In this document: one piece after another, positions 21,409 to 31,038 of the stretch
Position numbering within the stretch: the stretch's first letter is position 1
Layout of the letters: each line of letters opens with the position of its first letter
Source of the DNA: an uncultured Planctomycetaceae bacterium
Lineage (GTDB): Bacteria > Planctomycetota > Planctomycetia > Isosphaerales > Isosphaeraceae
NCBI GenBank assembly: GCA_963833985.1
Contig: CAWIAD010000002.1
Span: forward strand, 3,488,001 to 3,552,000
Reading direction: 5' to 3'
DNA length: 64,000 nucleotides
The notes under the pieces: model-generated
Databases searched by the model: none
Told to the model about the DNA's origin: nothing
What the model saw: the letters and a program-made list of their open reading frames with translations, nothing else
Made by a program: the position numbers and the translations under genes

Positions 21409-21632
21409 TCGTGCTGAATGACCAGGATGGGTGCCGAAAAGAGACTGGTCAAGGGTTCGCTCATGTTCACTACCTTTTCTCACTTGACGGTCCAGGACGA
21501 CCGGCGCCAACACGCCCAAGCGACCTGGCGATTGTTTGCCCGAACTGTCACGCGATGATCCGTCGAGGGGGAGAGAACAGGCCCCTCGCAGGTCCTATTC
21601 CGGCGTCCCACGCAGACCCCTCCAAACACTGA
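21405..21632 (+). pseudogene. C-terminal remnant of an HNH endonuclease
   Basis: AHVHYL...DLAIVCPNCHAMI resembles the HNH C-terminal motif; no N-terminal part. Confidence 0.55.
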
Positions 21633-21650
21633 GGTTTTGTCGAGTCTTCC

Positions 21651-23747
21651 ATGTCTACCTTCGTCGGCATTGACCTGGGCACCACCAACTCCGTCGTGGC
21701 GTATCGCAACCGCTACGGCCGTCCGGAGGTGATCGCCAACCGCGAGGGGCAGAACATCACGCCGTCGGTCATCTACTTCGGCACCGATCCGCCCGCGGTG
21801 GGCCAGGAGGCCAAGGAGTGGGCGCGGCTGGGTGACGCCGAGATCGCCAGCTTCTTCAAGCCGCACATGGGCTCCCCGCTCTACCAGCTTCAGTTTCACG
21901 CCAAGACTTACTCGGCCACCGATCTTTCCACGTTCGTGCTTGCCCGCCTCAAGGCCGACGCCGAGCAGGCGCTTGGCCAGGACGTCGACCGCGCCGTGAT
22001 CACCGTGCCGGCCTACTTCGGCGACGCCCAGCGCAAGGCCACACTCGAGGCCGGCACTGCCGCCGGGTTCCAGGTGCTGCGCATCATCAACGAACCCACC
22101 GCCGCAACCCTCGCTTACGGCCTGAACCGCAACGGTCCGGGGAGTGAGACGGTGCTCATCTACGACCTGGGTGGTGGCACCTTCGATGTCACGGTCGCCC
22201 GGATCGCGGCCGAGGACATCACCGTGCTGGCCACGGCGGGCGACCACGACCTGGGCGGCAAGAACTGGGACGACCGCATCGCCACCTTCCTGGCCGAGCA
22301 GTTCGCCGCGCGCACCGGGTTCGATCCGCTCGACGATCCGGTCGCACTGAACGAGGTGCTCGTCCGCAGCGAGCAGGCCAAGTGGGCGCTTTCGGAACGG
22401 ACGACGACCCGGATCACGCTTCAGCTTGGCACCCGGCGGGAAAGCTTCGAGCTGGCGCGAACCGAGTTCGAGGCCATGACGTTCCCGCTCATGGACCGGA
22501 CGCGCCGGCTCACCGAGGAAGCGCTGGCCGAGGCCCGGCTGGACTGGCATCGCCTGGATGGCGTGCTGCTGGTGGGCGGATCGACCCGCATGCCCATGGT
22601 CCGCTCCTACGTCTCGGAGATGGCCGGCAAGCCACCCCGGACGGGAGTGAACGTGGACGAGGTGGTCGCGCTGGGCGCGGCAGTCCAGGCGGCCATCGAG
22701 GTCGGCGAGCCGATCGGCGACGCCGTGCCGAAGTTCACGCTCGCGTCGGGCGGTACCCGGGTGGCTGCCGCGCAGCCGGCCGCGCGCCGGGTCACCGACG
22801 TCATGTCGCATAGCCTGGGAACGGTGGCCATCAGCGCTGACGCCTCGAGCTACGTCAACGACATCCTGATCCGCCGCAACATCCCCATTCCGGCGCGGAA
22901 CACGAAGACCTACATTCATGCCACGCACGGCGGGGCCAATAACCGGCTCGAGGTCTTCCTGACCCAGGGCGAGAGCACCTCCCCGCTGGACTGCACCATC
23001 CTCGGCAAGTACGTCTTCACGGGCATCCACGCCACCGACGCCGAGGTGAAGGTGGACGTGGGCATTTCGTATGACGTCAATGGCGTGGTGCAGGTCCAGG
23101 CGCAGCAGCGCGACACGGGCCACAGCCTGGCCCTCGCGGTCGAGCCGGTTCCGGACGACCTGTCGTGGCTGGGCCAGCCGCCCGAGTTTGCCGTCGTGGG
23201 TGAGCCACAGCGGATCCGCGTGTTCCTGCTCATCGACGTCTCCTCGAGCATGATCGGCCAGCCGCTCATCGAGGCTCAGACGGCAGCCGCGGAGTTCCTC
23301 GAGCGCTGCGACTTCACCACCATGGAAGTGGGTTTGATCTCGTTCTCGAGCCTGGTGGCGCTCCAGTGCGCGGCGACGAGCAACGCGCGCAGGCTGCACG
23401 CCGCGGTTGGCCGGCTCGAGGCGGAAGGTTCGACGAACCTCACCGACGCCCTGGAGATGGCGCGCGGACAGCTTGTGGCCAGCGACTGGAAGCGGTACGT
23501 CGTGATCCTCACCGACGGCTATCCCGACGCCGCCGAGAGTGCCGTCGAGCAGGCCTTGGCGGCGCGCGGCCAGGGGATCGAGATCGTTGCCATCGGCACC
23601 GGTGAGGCCGACCGCGATTACCTGAGCCGCCTGGCCAGCAGCGAGCGGGCGTCGATCTTCGCCCGCAGTGGCGAGCTGGTGCAGACGTTCGGGCATATCG
23701 CCCGGATGATCGCCGAGGGAGGCCGCGGCCTGCGGGTGCTGACATGA
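21651..23747 (+). CDS. Hsp70-vWA fusion protein
   Basis: Hsp70 NBD motifs; SBD-beta; C-terminal vWA with MIDAS DVSSS...T...TDG. Confidence 0.9.
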   Translation: MSTFVGIDLGTTNSVVAYRNRYGRPEVIANREGQNITPSVIYFGTDPPAVGQEAKEWARLGDAEIASFFKPHMGSPLYQLQFHAKTYSATDLSTFVLARLKADAEQALGQDVDRAVITVPAYFGDAQRKATLEAGTAAGFQVLRIINEPTAATLAYGLNRNGPGSETVLIYDLGGGTFDVTVARIAAEDITVLATAGDHDLGGKNWDDRIATFLAEQFAARTGFDPLDDPVALNEVLVRSEQAKWALSERTTTRITLQLGTRRESFELARTEFEAMTFPLMDRTRRLTEEALAEARLDWHRLDGVLLVGGSTRMPMVRSYVSEMAGKPPRTGVNVDEVVALGAAVQAAIEVGEPIGDAVPKFTLASGGTRVAAAQPAARRVTDVMSHSLGTVAISADASSYVNDILIRRNIPIPARNTKTYIHATHGGANNRLEVFLTQGESTSPLDCTILGKYVFTGIHATDAEVKVDVGISYDVNGVVQVQAQQRDTGHSLALAVEPVPDDLSWLGQPPEFAVVGEPQRIRVFLLIDVSSSMIGQPLIEAQTAAAEFLERCDFTTMEVGLISFSSLVALQCAATSNARRLHAAVGRLEAEGSTNLTDALEMARGQLVASDWKRYVVILTDGYPDAAESAVEQALAARGQGIEIVAIGTGEADRDYLSRLASSERASIFARSGELVQTFGHIARMIAEGGRGLRVLT

Positions 23748-24661
23748 CGCGGACCGCCCCGGCGCCCAACATCGTCCAGGCTCCGCCGCGACCGCGGCCC
23801 CGGTCCGCCGCCCGCTCGGCCAGCCTGCGGCAGGCGTACGACCTGGCGCTCGCCGGCGCGATCGGCGCCCTGTTCGGGCTGTACCTCTATGTTGAGCTGG
23901 TGCAGGCCGAATCCGTCTACGTGCGCGATGCCCTGGCCGGAGGCATCATCGGCGGGTCGATCGGCTGTTTCCTGTCGGCCTGGGGGCCGTTCCGCGATGG
24001 CGCCTGGCACAAGCTCGCGCGCGCCGTGTCCTGGGGAGTGCCGGCGGCCGCGGTGGGCGGAGCGATCGGGCTCGTGGCCGGCGAGCTCGTCATCGGCCTG
24101 CTGCGGGGGGGCCTGCTGGGCCGTGCCTGTTCCTGGGCCGTCCTGGGGCTGGGCATTGGCCTGGGCCAGGGCCTTGCCGAGCGGTCGCGGCAACGTCTTG
24201 TCTTCGGACTCATCGGCGGCGGGCTCGGCGGCTTCGTCGGCGGTTACTGCTTCGAGCTGCTGCGGGTCGCGCTGGGCAACCGCTACGACCTGGGCCAGGC
24301 CGTGGGCATTGTCATCCTGGGCGGCGGGCTGGGCCTCTTCCTGGCGCTCGTGGAGCAGGCCTTGCGGAGGGCCTGGATCCAGGTGCAGAGCGGTCGACAA
24401 GAGGGCCGTACGTACCTGCTGGCGCACCGGCACTGCCGGCTTGGCCTGGACGAGCGGGCCGAGGTGGGCCTCTTCGGCGATCCGGAAATTGCGCGCCAGC
24501 ATGCCGAGATCGAGGCCACGCCCCAGGGATTCATTTTCCGCCACCTGGCGGCGCAGCGGTCCTCGCGGCTGAACGGGAAGCCGGTCACCGGTCCGGAGCC
24601 CTTGCACGACGGCGACCGGCTGGAGCTCGGCAAGACTACCCTGCTGTTCCGACAGCGCTAG
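23744..24661 (+). CDS. Multi-pass membrane protein with C-terminal FHA domain
   Basis: Gly-rich TM helices; IARQHAEI, LNG, LHDGDRLELG; ATGA coupling. Confidence 0.85.
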   Translation: MTRTAPAPNIVQAPPRPRPRSAARSASLRQAYDLALAGAIGALFGLYLYVELVQAESVYVRDALAGGIIGGSIGCFLSAWGPFRDGAWHKLARAVSWGVPAAAVGGAIGLVAGELVIGLLRGGLLGRACSWAVLGLGIGLGQGLAERSRQRLVFGLIGGGLGGFVGGYCFELLRVALGNRYDLGQAVGIVILGGGLGLFLALVEQALRRAWIQVQSGRQEGRTYLLAHRHCRLGLDERAEVGLFGDPEIARQHAEIEATPQGFIFRHLAAQRSSRLNGKPVTGPEPLHDGDRLELGKTTLLFRQR

Positions 24662-24670
24662 CGAGCGGAC

Positions 24671-26182
24671 ATGGCAAGCAGGCAAGACCCCACTCACTGG
24701 ATTCTCGAACTGGCCCGCGGCCGGGAGATCGGGCACCGGTACACCCTCGCCAGCGGCGACACCGTGCTGGGCAACGACCTGGCCGGCGCGGCCGGGTTTG
24801 ATATGTCCGGGCAGGAGCCGAGCTCTCCCCGGCGCATGGCCGGCCGGCATGCCTGCCTTACCCTGGCCGGTGGATCACTCGGCATCCGGGACATGGAGAG
24901 CCCCGGCGGCACCTTCGTGAACCGCCAGCGCCTGCTTTCCGGCCAGACGCGCGCGCTCCAGCCCGGCGACGTGATCCAGATGGGCGGCATTCAGCTCGTC
25001 GTGAAGCGGGAAGCCGCGTCCCCGGCACCTGCGCCATCACCCCCGCCCGTGCCGACGCCACTCCAAGCAGAACCGCGACCGCAACGGCAACCAGAACCGC
25101 CCACGCAGGCCAAGGCCGGCCCGCTTGCCGTGCCGTTCACGATACAGGGCGGTCCCACGTGCCGGAGCTGGGATGATTTCTTGACGATCTCGGCCCAGCG
25201 CTGGAGCGTCATGCGGGACGAGCTGACCTCGGGCCGCATCGGTGCGCACCTGAGGCGGGCGGGCCGTACCGACCTGGTCCCGCGTCTGGACCCGGCACTG
25301 TCGGCCGACGAGCAGCTCGACGCCTGGCTGGCGCAATTGCCGGCGAGCCGGTCCAGTGCGCCGGAGCTCGAGGTGCATCCGCCGTTGTTGATCGTGAAAG
25401 GCCCGGGCGGCGGGGTGATCCGCAAATCGCTGCGCGTCACCAACGTCGGCTACCGGCTCTTGCGGAGCACGGCGCGCATCGAACCGCCAGCAAGCACGAA
25501 CCTGCGGATTGGTGCCGAGCTCGCCTCCAGGAGCTTCGCCACCATCGACTCCACCGACCTTCCTGTTGAGATCACGCTCCCGGAACGCGGTGAGACCGCG
25601 GCGCTGGGCTTGGTCGTCATCGACAGCAATGGCGGCACTCAAAAGGTGGAGGTGCGCTTCGAGCGTTCCGTCGCCGGTTTCCTGCCGGCCGACGCGTTCC
25701 CTGCGACCGCAGCGCCCGACCTGCTCGCGGGAACCCGGCCCCTGGGCGAGCGGGTGTCTGCGCAGCCCTTTGTCCGCCGGCTGATCGTGCTGCCGATCGT
25801 CCTGGTGGTCTTCCGGTTGCTGGTCCTGGCGGCGGGACAGATCCCGATCGGGACCCCGAACGCCGGCGGGTTCGAGCCGCGCCTGGGCTCGCTGGCGCTG
25901 GTGCTGGGTGCCGTGGGGGCGGTCCTGGCCAGCACGCGGCAGCGCGCCGGCGGCGATCGTTTGGCGTGCGGGTTCAGCGGTGCGATCGCCGGAGTGCTGG
26001 CCGCGGCCATCGGTTTCGCCGTGGTCCGCGGCGTCGAGGCGACGCTTGGCAGTTGGGCCGGCTCGCCGGTCGCCGCACTCGCGCTCTGGGCGGTGATGGG
26101 GCTGCTCATCGCGCTGGTCTCGTGGCTGGCTTTTCCACCGGCCCCAGCGCTTTCCGCGCTTCCACCGGAGCCGCAACCATGA
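24671..26182 (+). CDS. FHA-domain protein with Pro-rich linker, beta domain and C-terminal TM helices
   Basis: MAGRHA, DMESPGGTFVN, LQPGDVIQMG. Confidence 0.82.
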   Translation: MASRQDPTHWILELARGREIGHRYTLASGDTVLGNDLAGAAGFDMSGQEPSSPRRMAGRHACLTLAGGSLGIRDMESPGGTFVNRQRLLSGQTRALQPGDVIQMGGIQLVVKREAASPAPAPSPPPVPTPLQAEPRPQRQPEPPTQAKAGPLAVPFTIQGGPTCRSWDDFLTISAQRWSVMRDELTSGRIGAHLRRAGRTDLVPRLDPALSADEQLDAWLAQLPASRSSAPELEVHPPLLIVKGPGGGVIRKSLRVTNVGYRLLRSTARIEPPASTNLRIGAELASRSFATIDSTDLPVEITLPERGETAALGLVVIDSNGGTQKVEVRFERSVAGFLPADAFPATAAPDLLAGTRPLGERVSAQPFVRRLIVLPIVLVVFRLLVLAAGQIPIGTPNAGGFEPRLGSLALVLGAVGAVLASTRQRAGGDRLACGFSGAIAGVLAAAIGFAVVRGVEATLGSWAGSPVAALALWAVMGLLIALVSWLAFPPAPALSALPPEPQP

Positions 26183-27243
26183 CAATCAGAGCCATCACGG
26201 CAAGTCTGCTGGCCGCACTGGCCCTCGTGGCCTGCACGGGGTCAGCCGGCGCGGCGTGGGACGAGGAGCCACCCGATCGCGGTGTGGCGAACCAGCCCGG
26301 CGAGAGCACGGTCGTGGTGACGGGCGCCAGCCAGCAGCAGTTTCCCCGCATCGCCGTTCAGTTCGAGGTCCGCCAGCCCGATGGCTCGTTCCTGCTCGAC
26401 GCGACGCGCAACGAGTTCCGGGTCACGGAGGATGGCAAGGACGTCGAGGTGCTCGACTTTCAGGCACCCCGGACCAGGGAATCCATTCCCACCACGATCG
26501 TACTGGTCGTCGATCACAGCGGCAGCATGGAGCAAGAGCACCGGATCAGCTCGCTCAAGGAGGCCGTCATTTCGTTCCTGCAAAAGGTGCCCGAGGGCTC
26601 GCGGGTGGCCGTCGTCGGCTTCAGCTCGGAAGTCCGCGAGCTCTGCCCGTTCACGACGGACCGCGCGCAGGTCGGCCGATCCGTCAATCGGCTCAGGCCG
26701 GGAGGTGCCACCCGGTTTTACGACGCCGTCTCGCACGCGCTGGGGATGCTCGACGAGCAGACCGGACGACGGGCGGTGCTTGCCCTCACCGACGGGGAAG
26801 ACACATCCAGTGAGGACGATACGATCGAGACGGCCATCGCCAAGGCGCAACGGCTGGGATTGCCGGTCTACACCCTGGGCCTTGGCACCGAGGAAGAGAT
26901 CGCCAGCGCCGACCTGCGCCGCCTGGCCACTTCCACACGCGGCCAGTATTACCCGGCGCACAACGCCGACCAGCTCAAGACCATCTACGAGACCATCGCC
27001 GCCCGCATCGGCGCCGGTTACACGCTGGTTTACCAGAGCGACCGGCGTCTTCCTGACGGCACGCTGCGGCCCGTGAAGATCTTTCATCGCGGCAGCCAGA
27101 AAGCGGGCGAAACGGAAGTCTTCATACCCGGCATGGTGGTCCCCGCGGGTGGCTGGTCGGGTCTCTTCCTGGCGCTGCTGGCACTCCTGTCAACGCTCGC
27201 GCTGCTTCCATCGTGGACGAAACGACGCGGTGGAACTCGTTGA
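26179..27243 (+). CDS. Exported vWA-domain protein with C-terminal membrane anchor
   Basis: Signal peptide; DHSGS, GATRFYDA, LTDGED; ATGA coupling. Confidence 0.88.
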   Translation: MTIRAITASLLAALALVACTGSAGAAWDEEPPDRGVANQPGESTVVVTGASQQQFPRIAVQFEVRQPDGSFLLDATRNEFRVTEDGKDVEVLDFQAPRTRESIPTTIVLVVDHSGSMEQEHRISSLKEAVISFLQKVPEGSRVAVVGFSSEVRELCPFTTDRAQVGRSVNRLRPGGATRFYDAVSHALGMLDEQTGRRAVLALTDGEDTSSEDDTIETAIAKAQRLGLPVYTLGLGTEEEIASADLRRLATSTRGQYYPAHNADQLKTIYETIAARIGAGYTLVYQSDRRLPDGTLRPVKIFHRGSQKAGETEVFIPGMVVPAGGWSGLFLALLALLSTLALLPSWTKRRGGTR

Positions 27244-27290
27244 GATCGAGCTTCGGCCGACCCGCGAGGGCATTCTGACGGGGGCACGGC

Positions 27291-29150
27291 ATGGGACCGC
27301 GACGTCATCTGGCTCGCTGGCTCCGCCTCGCCATGATCTCGGCGACTGGTGCGCTTTTGATCCTGAGCCTGATGCTGCTTCCGGACCTGGCGGGATTTCT
27401 TCCCCGTGTGATTCGCAACCACGCGCTGGAATGGTCGGCCCTGGCACTCGTGCTGGCATTGTGGCGGCTGCACGTTGTCACCTTGGCTCAACCGCCGGAT
27501 GATCCCGCGGCTGCGCGGCTGCGCCGGTTGTTCGCGGGTCTCGATTCGCTTTCCGCCTTCGTCCTCGATAGCGGGTTCGTCGTCCTGCTGGGCATCATGG
27601 CCGCGGCGATGCTGGCGAGCTGGATCCCCCACTACTTGACGTGGCCCTGGAGCCGCGACGCAGACAGTTACGCCACGCTCGCCCTGTCCTGGGATGCGGG
27701 CGTCCGGCCGTACCGCGATATCCTCTTCTATAACTTCCCCGGGCACGTTTACTTGCACTGGCTCATCGGCCGGACCTTTGGCTGGGGGCGGACTGTCCCG
27801 TTCTACGCGGTGGACGCGACGGCCCTGCTAGCGCTCGGTGCGGTTCTCCTGGCCTGGAGCCGGCGCGCGCTGGGACGCTGGCTGCCGGGTCTGCTGGGGT
27901 ACGTCGTGTTCCTTGGCTTCTACCTGGGCCGAGATTTCGAGCAGGTCGCCCAGCGCGACTGGCATACGTCGCTGGCCGCGGCCCTGGCGCTCTTGACGCT
28001 GGAGGCCTGGCCGCGACGCGCCGGGCTCTGGGCGGCGGCCCTGCTCACGGCCCTGGCGCTGACCATCCGGCCTCACGCGGTGCTGTTCTTGCCGGCGCTC
28101 GTCGCGGCCGTGGTCCAGCGTCCTCGACCCTGGCAATCCCTTGCGGAATGGATCTCAGTGCTCGTGCTCCTTGTCGCGCTCGGGTTCGTGCCGGTGGCGG
28201 CGCAGGGGTTGCTGCACGACCTGGTACGCAACCTGAGAGTCGCCAGCTACGGCGGTCCTTACAACAAGGCGACTCTCCCCGGCGCGCTCGAGATCCTCGC
28301 CGCCGAGCTGAGCGAGCCCTGGACGCTGCTTCTGGCTGGCTCGCTGATCGTGCTCTCCTTTGCGGGCCGGGAACGCATCCGTCCCATGGCGCGGACCTGG
28401 CTGCTTGCCCTGGGAGCAGCCATCCTGTACCGGACGGTTCATCCCCGCCAGCACGCCTACCTGGCGCATCCGCTGGTTCTCTTCAGCTCCATCGCCCTGG
28501 CGTTGCTGGTGGACAGCCTGATCGCGGCGTCCTGGCCTGGCCGGTCCGTGCGCGCGCTCGTGCTGCTGGTGCTCTTCCTCGAAGCCTTTCCGGGCGTGCC
28601 GCAGTTCTGCGATTCGCGCGCCAGTATCGAGGCCATCGGGCCGCTGGTTCGGGGCGAGGAGCCCGCCGACCCTCCCCCCAGTGTTCGCTATCTCTGGTTC
28701 CAGCCCGTGGCGTGCCCCTACGAGTGGACCGACTACCGCGACACGCTGAACTACCTGCGCCGAACCACGAGTCCGGCCACCGAGATCGCCAACGTGCTCA
28801 AGCAGCCTCCGTTTCCTGCCATCAATGGGCCGGTGGGCCGGCTTTCGCCGTTCCATGCCGACTCGGGCATCTGCTGGATGTGGCTGGTGGACCTGGATCT
28901 GGAGATCCCCTTCGCCGAAGCTCTGGAACGCACGCCGGATTCGGTGGTCGTCTGGTCGCCCGCCGAGGTGAACCTGCCGACCCGCCTGCGGCTCGAGCGG
29001 ATCACGGAGGTGATCCTCCACTTCTATCGTCCCGCAGCGCGGTTCGGCGCGATCGAGGTCTGGACGCGTCAGCCGGATGTGGACAGCGGACGGACGCCGG
29101 TTGCGGGGAATCCGGGCTCCTCGGGGACGCTTCCACCGGTCCAGCAGTAG
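27291..29150 (+). CDS. Polytopic membrane protein, GT-C-like glycosyltransferase, paralog 1
   Basis: DADSY...PYRDILFYNFPG loop after the first TMs; many TM helices. Confidence 0.65.
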   Translation: MGPRRHLARWLRLAMISATGALLILSLMLLPDLAGFLPRVIRNHALEWSALALVLALWRLHVVTLAQPPDDPAAARLRRLFAGLDSLSAFVLDSGFVVLLGIMAAAMLASWIPHYLTWPWSRDADSYATLALSWDAGVRPYRDILFYNFPGHVYLHWLIGRTFGWGRTVPFYAVDATALLALGAVLLAWSRRALGRWLPGLLGYVVFLGFYLGRDFEQVAQRDWHTSLAAALALLTLEAWPRRAGLWAAALLTALALTIRPHAVLFLPALVAAVVQRPRPWQSLAEWISVLVLLVALGFVPVAAQGLLHDLVRNLRVASYGGPYNKATLPGALEILAAELSEPWTLLLAGSLIVLSFAGRERIRPMARTWLLALGAAILYRTVHPRQHAYLAHPLVLFSSIALALLVDSLIAASWPGRSVRALVLLVLFLEAFPGVPQFCDSRASIEAIGPLVRGEEPADPPPSVRYLWFQPVACPYEWTDYRDTLNYLRRTTSPATEIANVLKQPPFPAINGPVGRLSPFHADSGICWMWLVDLDLEIPFAEALERTPDSVVVWSPAEVNLPTRLRLERITEVILHFYRPAARFGAIEVWTRQPDVDSGRTPVAGNPGSSGTLPPVQQ

Positions 29151-29162
29151 TGAGCCGAAGGC

Positions 29163-31038
29163 ATGATGACCCGGACGAAATGGAGGCACTGGCTACGCAT
29201 GCTGCTGGCGGCGGTTGCGATCGCGCTGGCGGGCGCCGGACTGATGATCGTTCCGGACACGATCCGGTTGTGGCCACGCTTCCTCCGCGACCATCCCCTG
29301 GAATGGCTATGCCTGGGGCTCGTGATCGCGTTCCAGCAGGCCAGATCGCACGCGCGGTCCCGGCCGCTCGATGACCCGGGAGCCGTCCGGCTGCGCGGGT
29401 CTCTGGCCCGGCTCGAAGAATCTCAGCGGCCGCGCCTTGAACGGGGGATTCACGGTGGCCCTGGCCATCCTTATTATCATCCTCCTGGCAAGCTGGATCC
29501 CCCATTACCTGACCTGGCCCTGGTGCCGCGATGAGGACACCTTCGCCACGCTCGCCCAGTCGTGGGACGCCGGCATCCGACCGTATCGCGACATTCGCGC
29601 GTATAACTTTCCGGGCCATATCTATCTGCACTGGCTGCTCGGCAAGGTTCTGGGGTGGGGACACACGGCGCCCTTTTACGCCGTTGATGCGTCCGCGGTG
29701 CTGGGGCTGGGCGTGGCGCTGGTGTTCTGGAGCCGGCGACGACTGGGAGGATGGCTGCCCGGCCTGCTGTCCTTCGTGGCGTTCCTTCAGTTCTATCTCA
29801 GCCGCGAGTACGAGCAGGTCGCCGAGCGTGACTGGCACGCGACGCTCGCAGCCGTCCTGGCGATCATGACGCTCGAGGCATGGCCGCAGCGACCGGCCGT
29901 CTGGCTGGCCGCGGCGCTGGAGGCGGCAGCCGTGACAATCCGTCCCCATGCCATCTTCTTCCTGCCCGCGATCGCCTCGGCCCTCATGGAGCGGCGCCGG
30001 CCGCGCCGAGGGCTCGCCGAGTGGGGCCTGGCGTTCACCGCGTTCGTCGCCCTGGCCTTCGCGCCGCTGGTGATCGACGGATTGCTCGACGACCTGATCC
30101 GCGGACTCCGCGTTGCCGCGTACGGAGGTCCCTACAGCAAGGCCTCTCTGACCGTGGCCAGAGAGGCGCTTGAGCTCGAGCTGCGTGATCCCTGGACAAT
30201 CTTCCTGGCGGCGTCGCTGATCGTGGTCTGGGCGTTCCACCGCCTTGTCGGCCGTCCCATGGCGCGGACCTGGCTGCTCGCCCTGGCAGCCGCGATCCTT
30301 TACCGGACGGTTCATCCGGTTCAGCATGCGTACCTGATGCATCCGCTGGCCCTGGTGAGCGCGATGGTCCTGGCCCTGCCGGTCGCCTCATTGCTTTCCC
30401 TGTCCTGGATTGCGCAGCCGGTGCGCGCGCTGCTGATCCTGCTTCTTTTCCTAAAAGCCTTTCCCGGTCGGCCCTTGAACTGCGATCCGGGCGACAGCCT
30501 GCGCGCGATCGTCTCGATAGCGTGCGGCCAGGACCCGGAGGCTCCGCCCTCAGGCTGCCGCTACTTCTGGTTCCGGCCGAAGGCGTGCAATTACGAGTGG
30601 CGTGACTACTGCCGGACGCTGGCCTACCTGCGGCACACCACCAGTCCGGCGACCGAGATCGCCAACGTGCTGCGGCTCCAGCCGTTTCCATCGCTCAATG
30701 GGCCGGTGGGCCGGCTTTCGCCATTCCGGGCGGAATCCGGGATCTGCTGGATGTGGCTGATCGACATCGACCTGGATGGTCCATTCGCCGAGGCCCTGGA
30801 AAACACTCCGGATTCGGTGGTGGTCTGGTCGCCCGATGAGGGTGATCGCCAGCCGCGCCTGCGGCTCGAGCGGGTCTCGGCGGTGATCCGGCGTTGCTAT
30901 CGTTTCGACGCCCGGTTCGGTGCCATCGAGGTGTGGAGGCGATCCGCTGCGGACGAAGCCGCGCGAACTCCAATGCCCGGCAGCCCCGCGGCATCGGGGT
31001 CGAGCCCGCCCGCGATCGCAGTGCCACCCCGACGATAG
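29163..31038 (+). CDS. GT-C-like membrane protein, paralog 2, frameshift near 29418
   Basis: Colinear with paralog 1 (WIPHYLTWPW, PYRDI, GPVGRLSPF, SGICWMWL). Confidence 0.65.

Noticed and set aside
19461..21783. Repeats read as a CRISPR array or integron attC sites
   Set aside because: The units are 134-239 bp pieces of coding sequence about 1 kb apart; no cas or intI genes and no attC-like palindromes.
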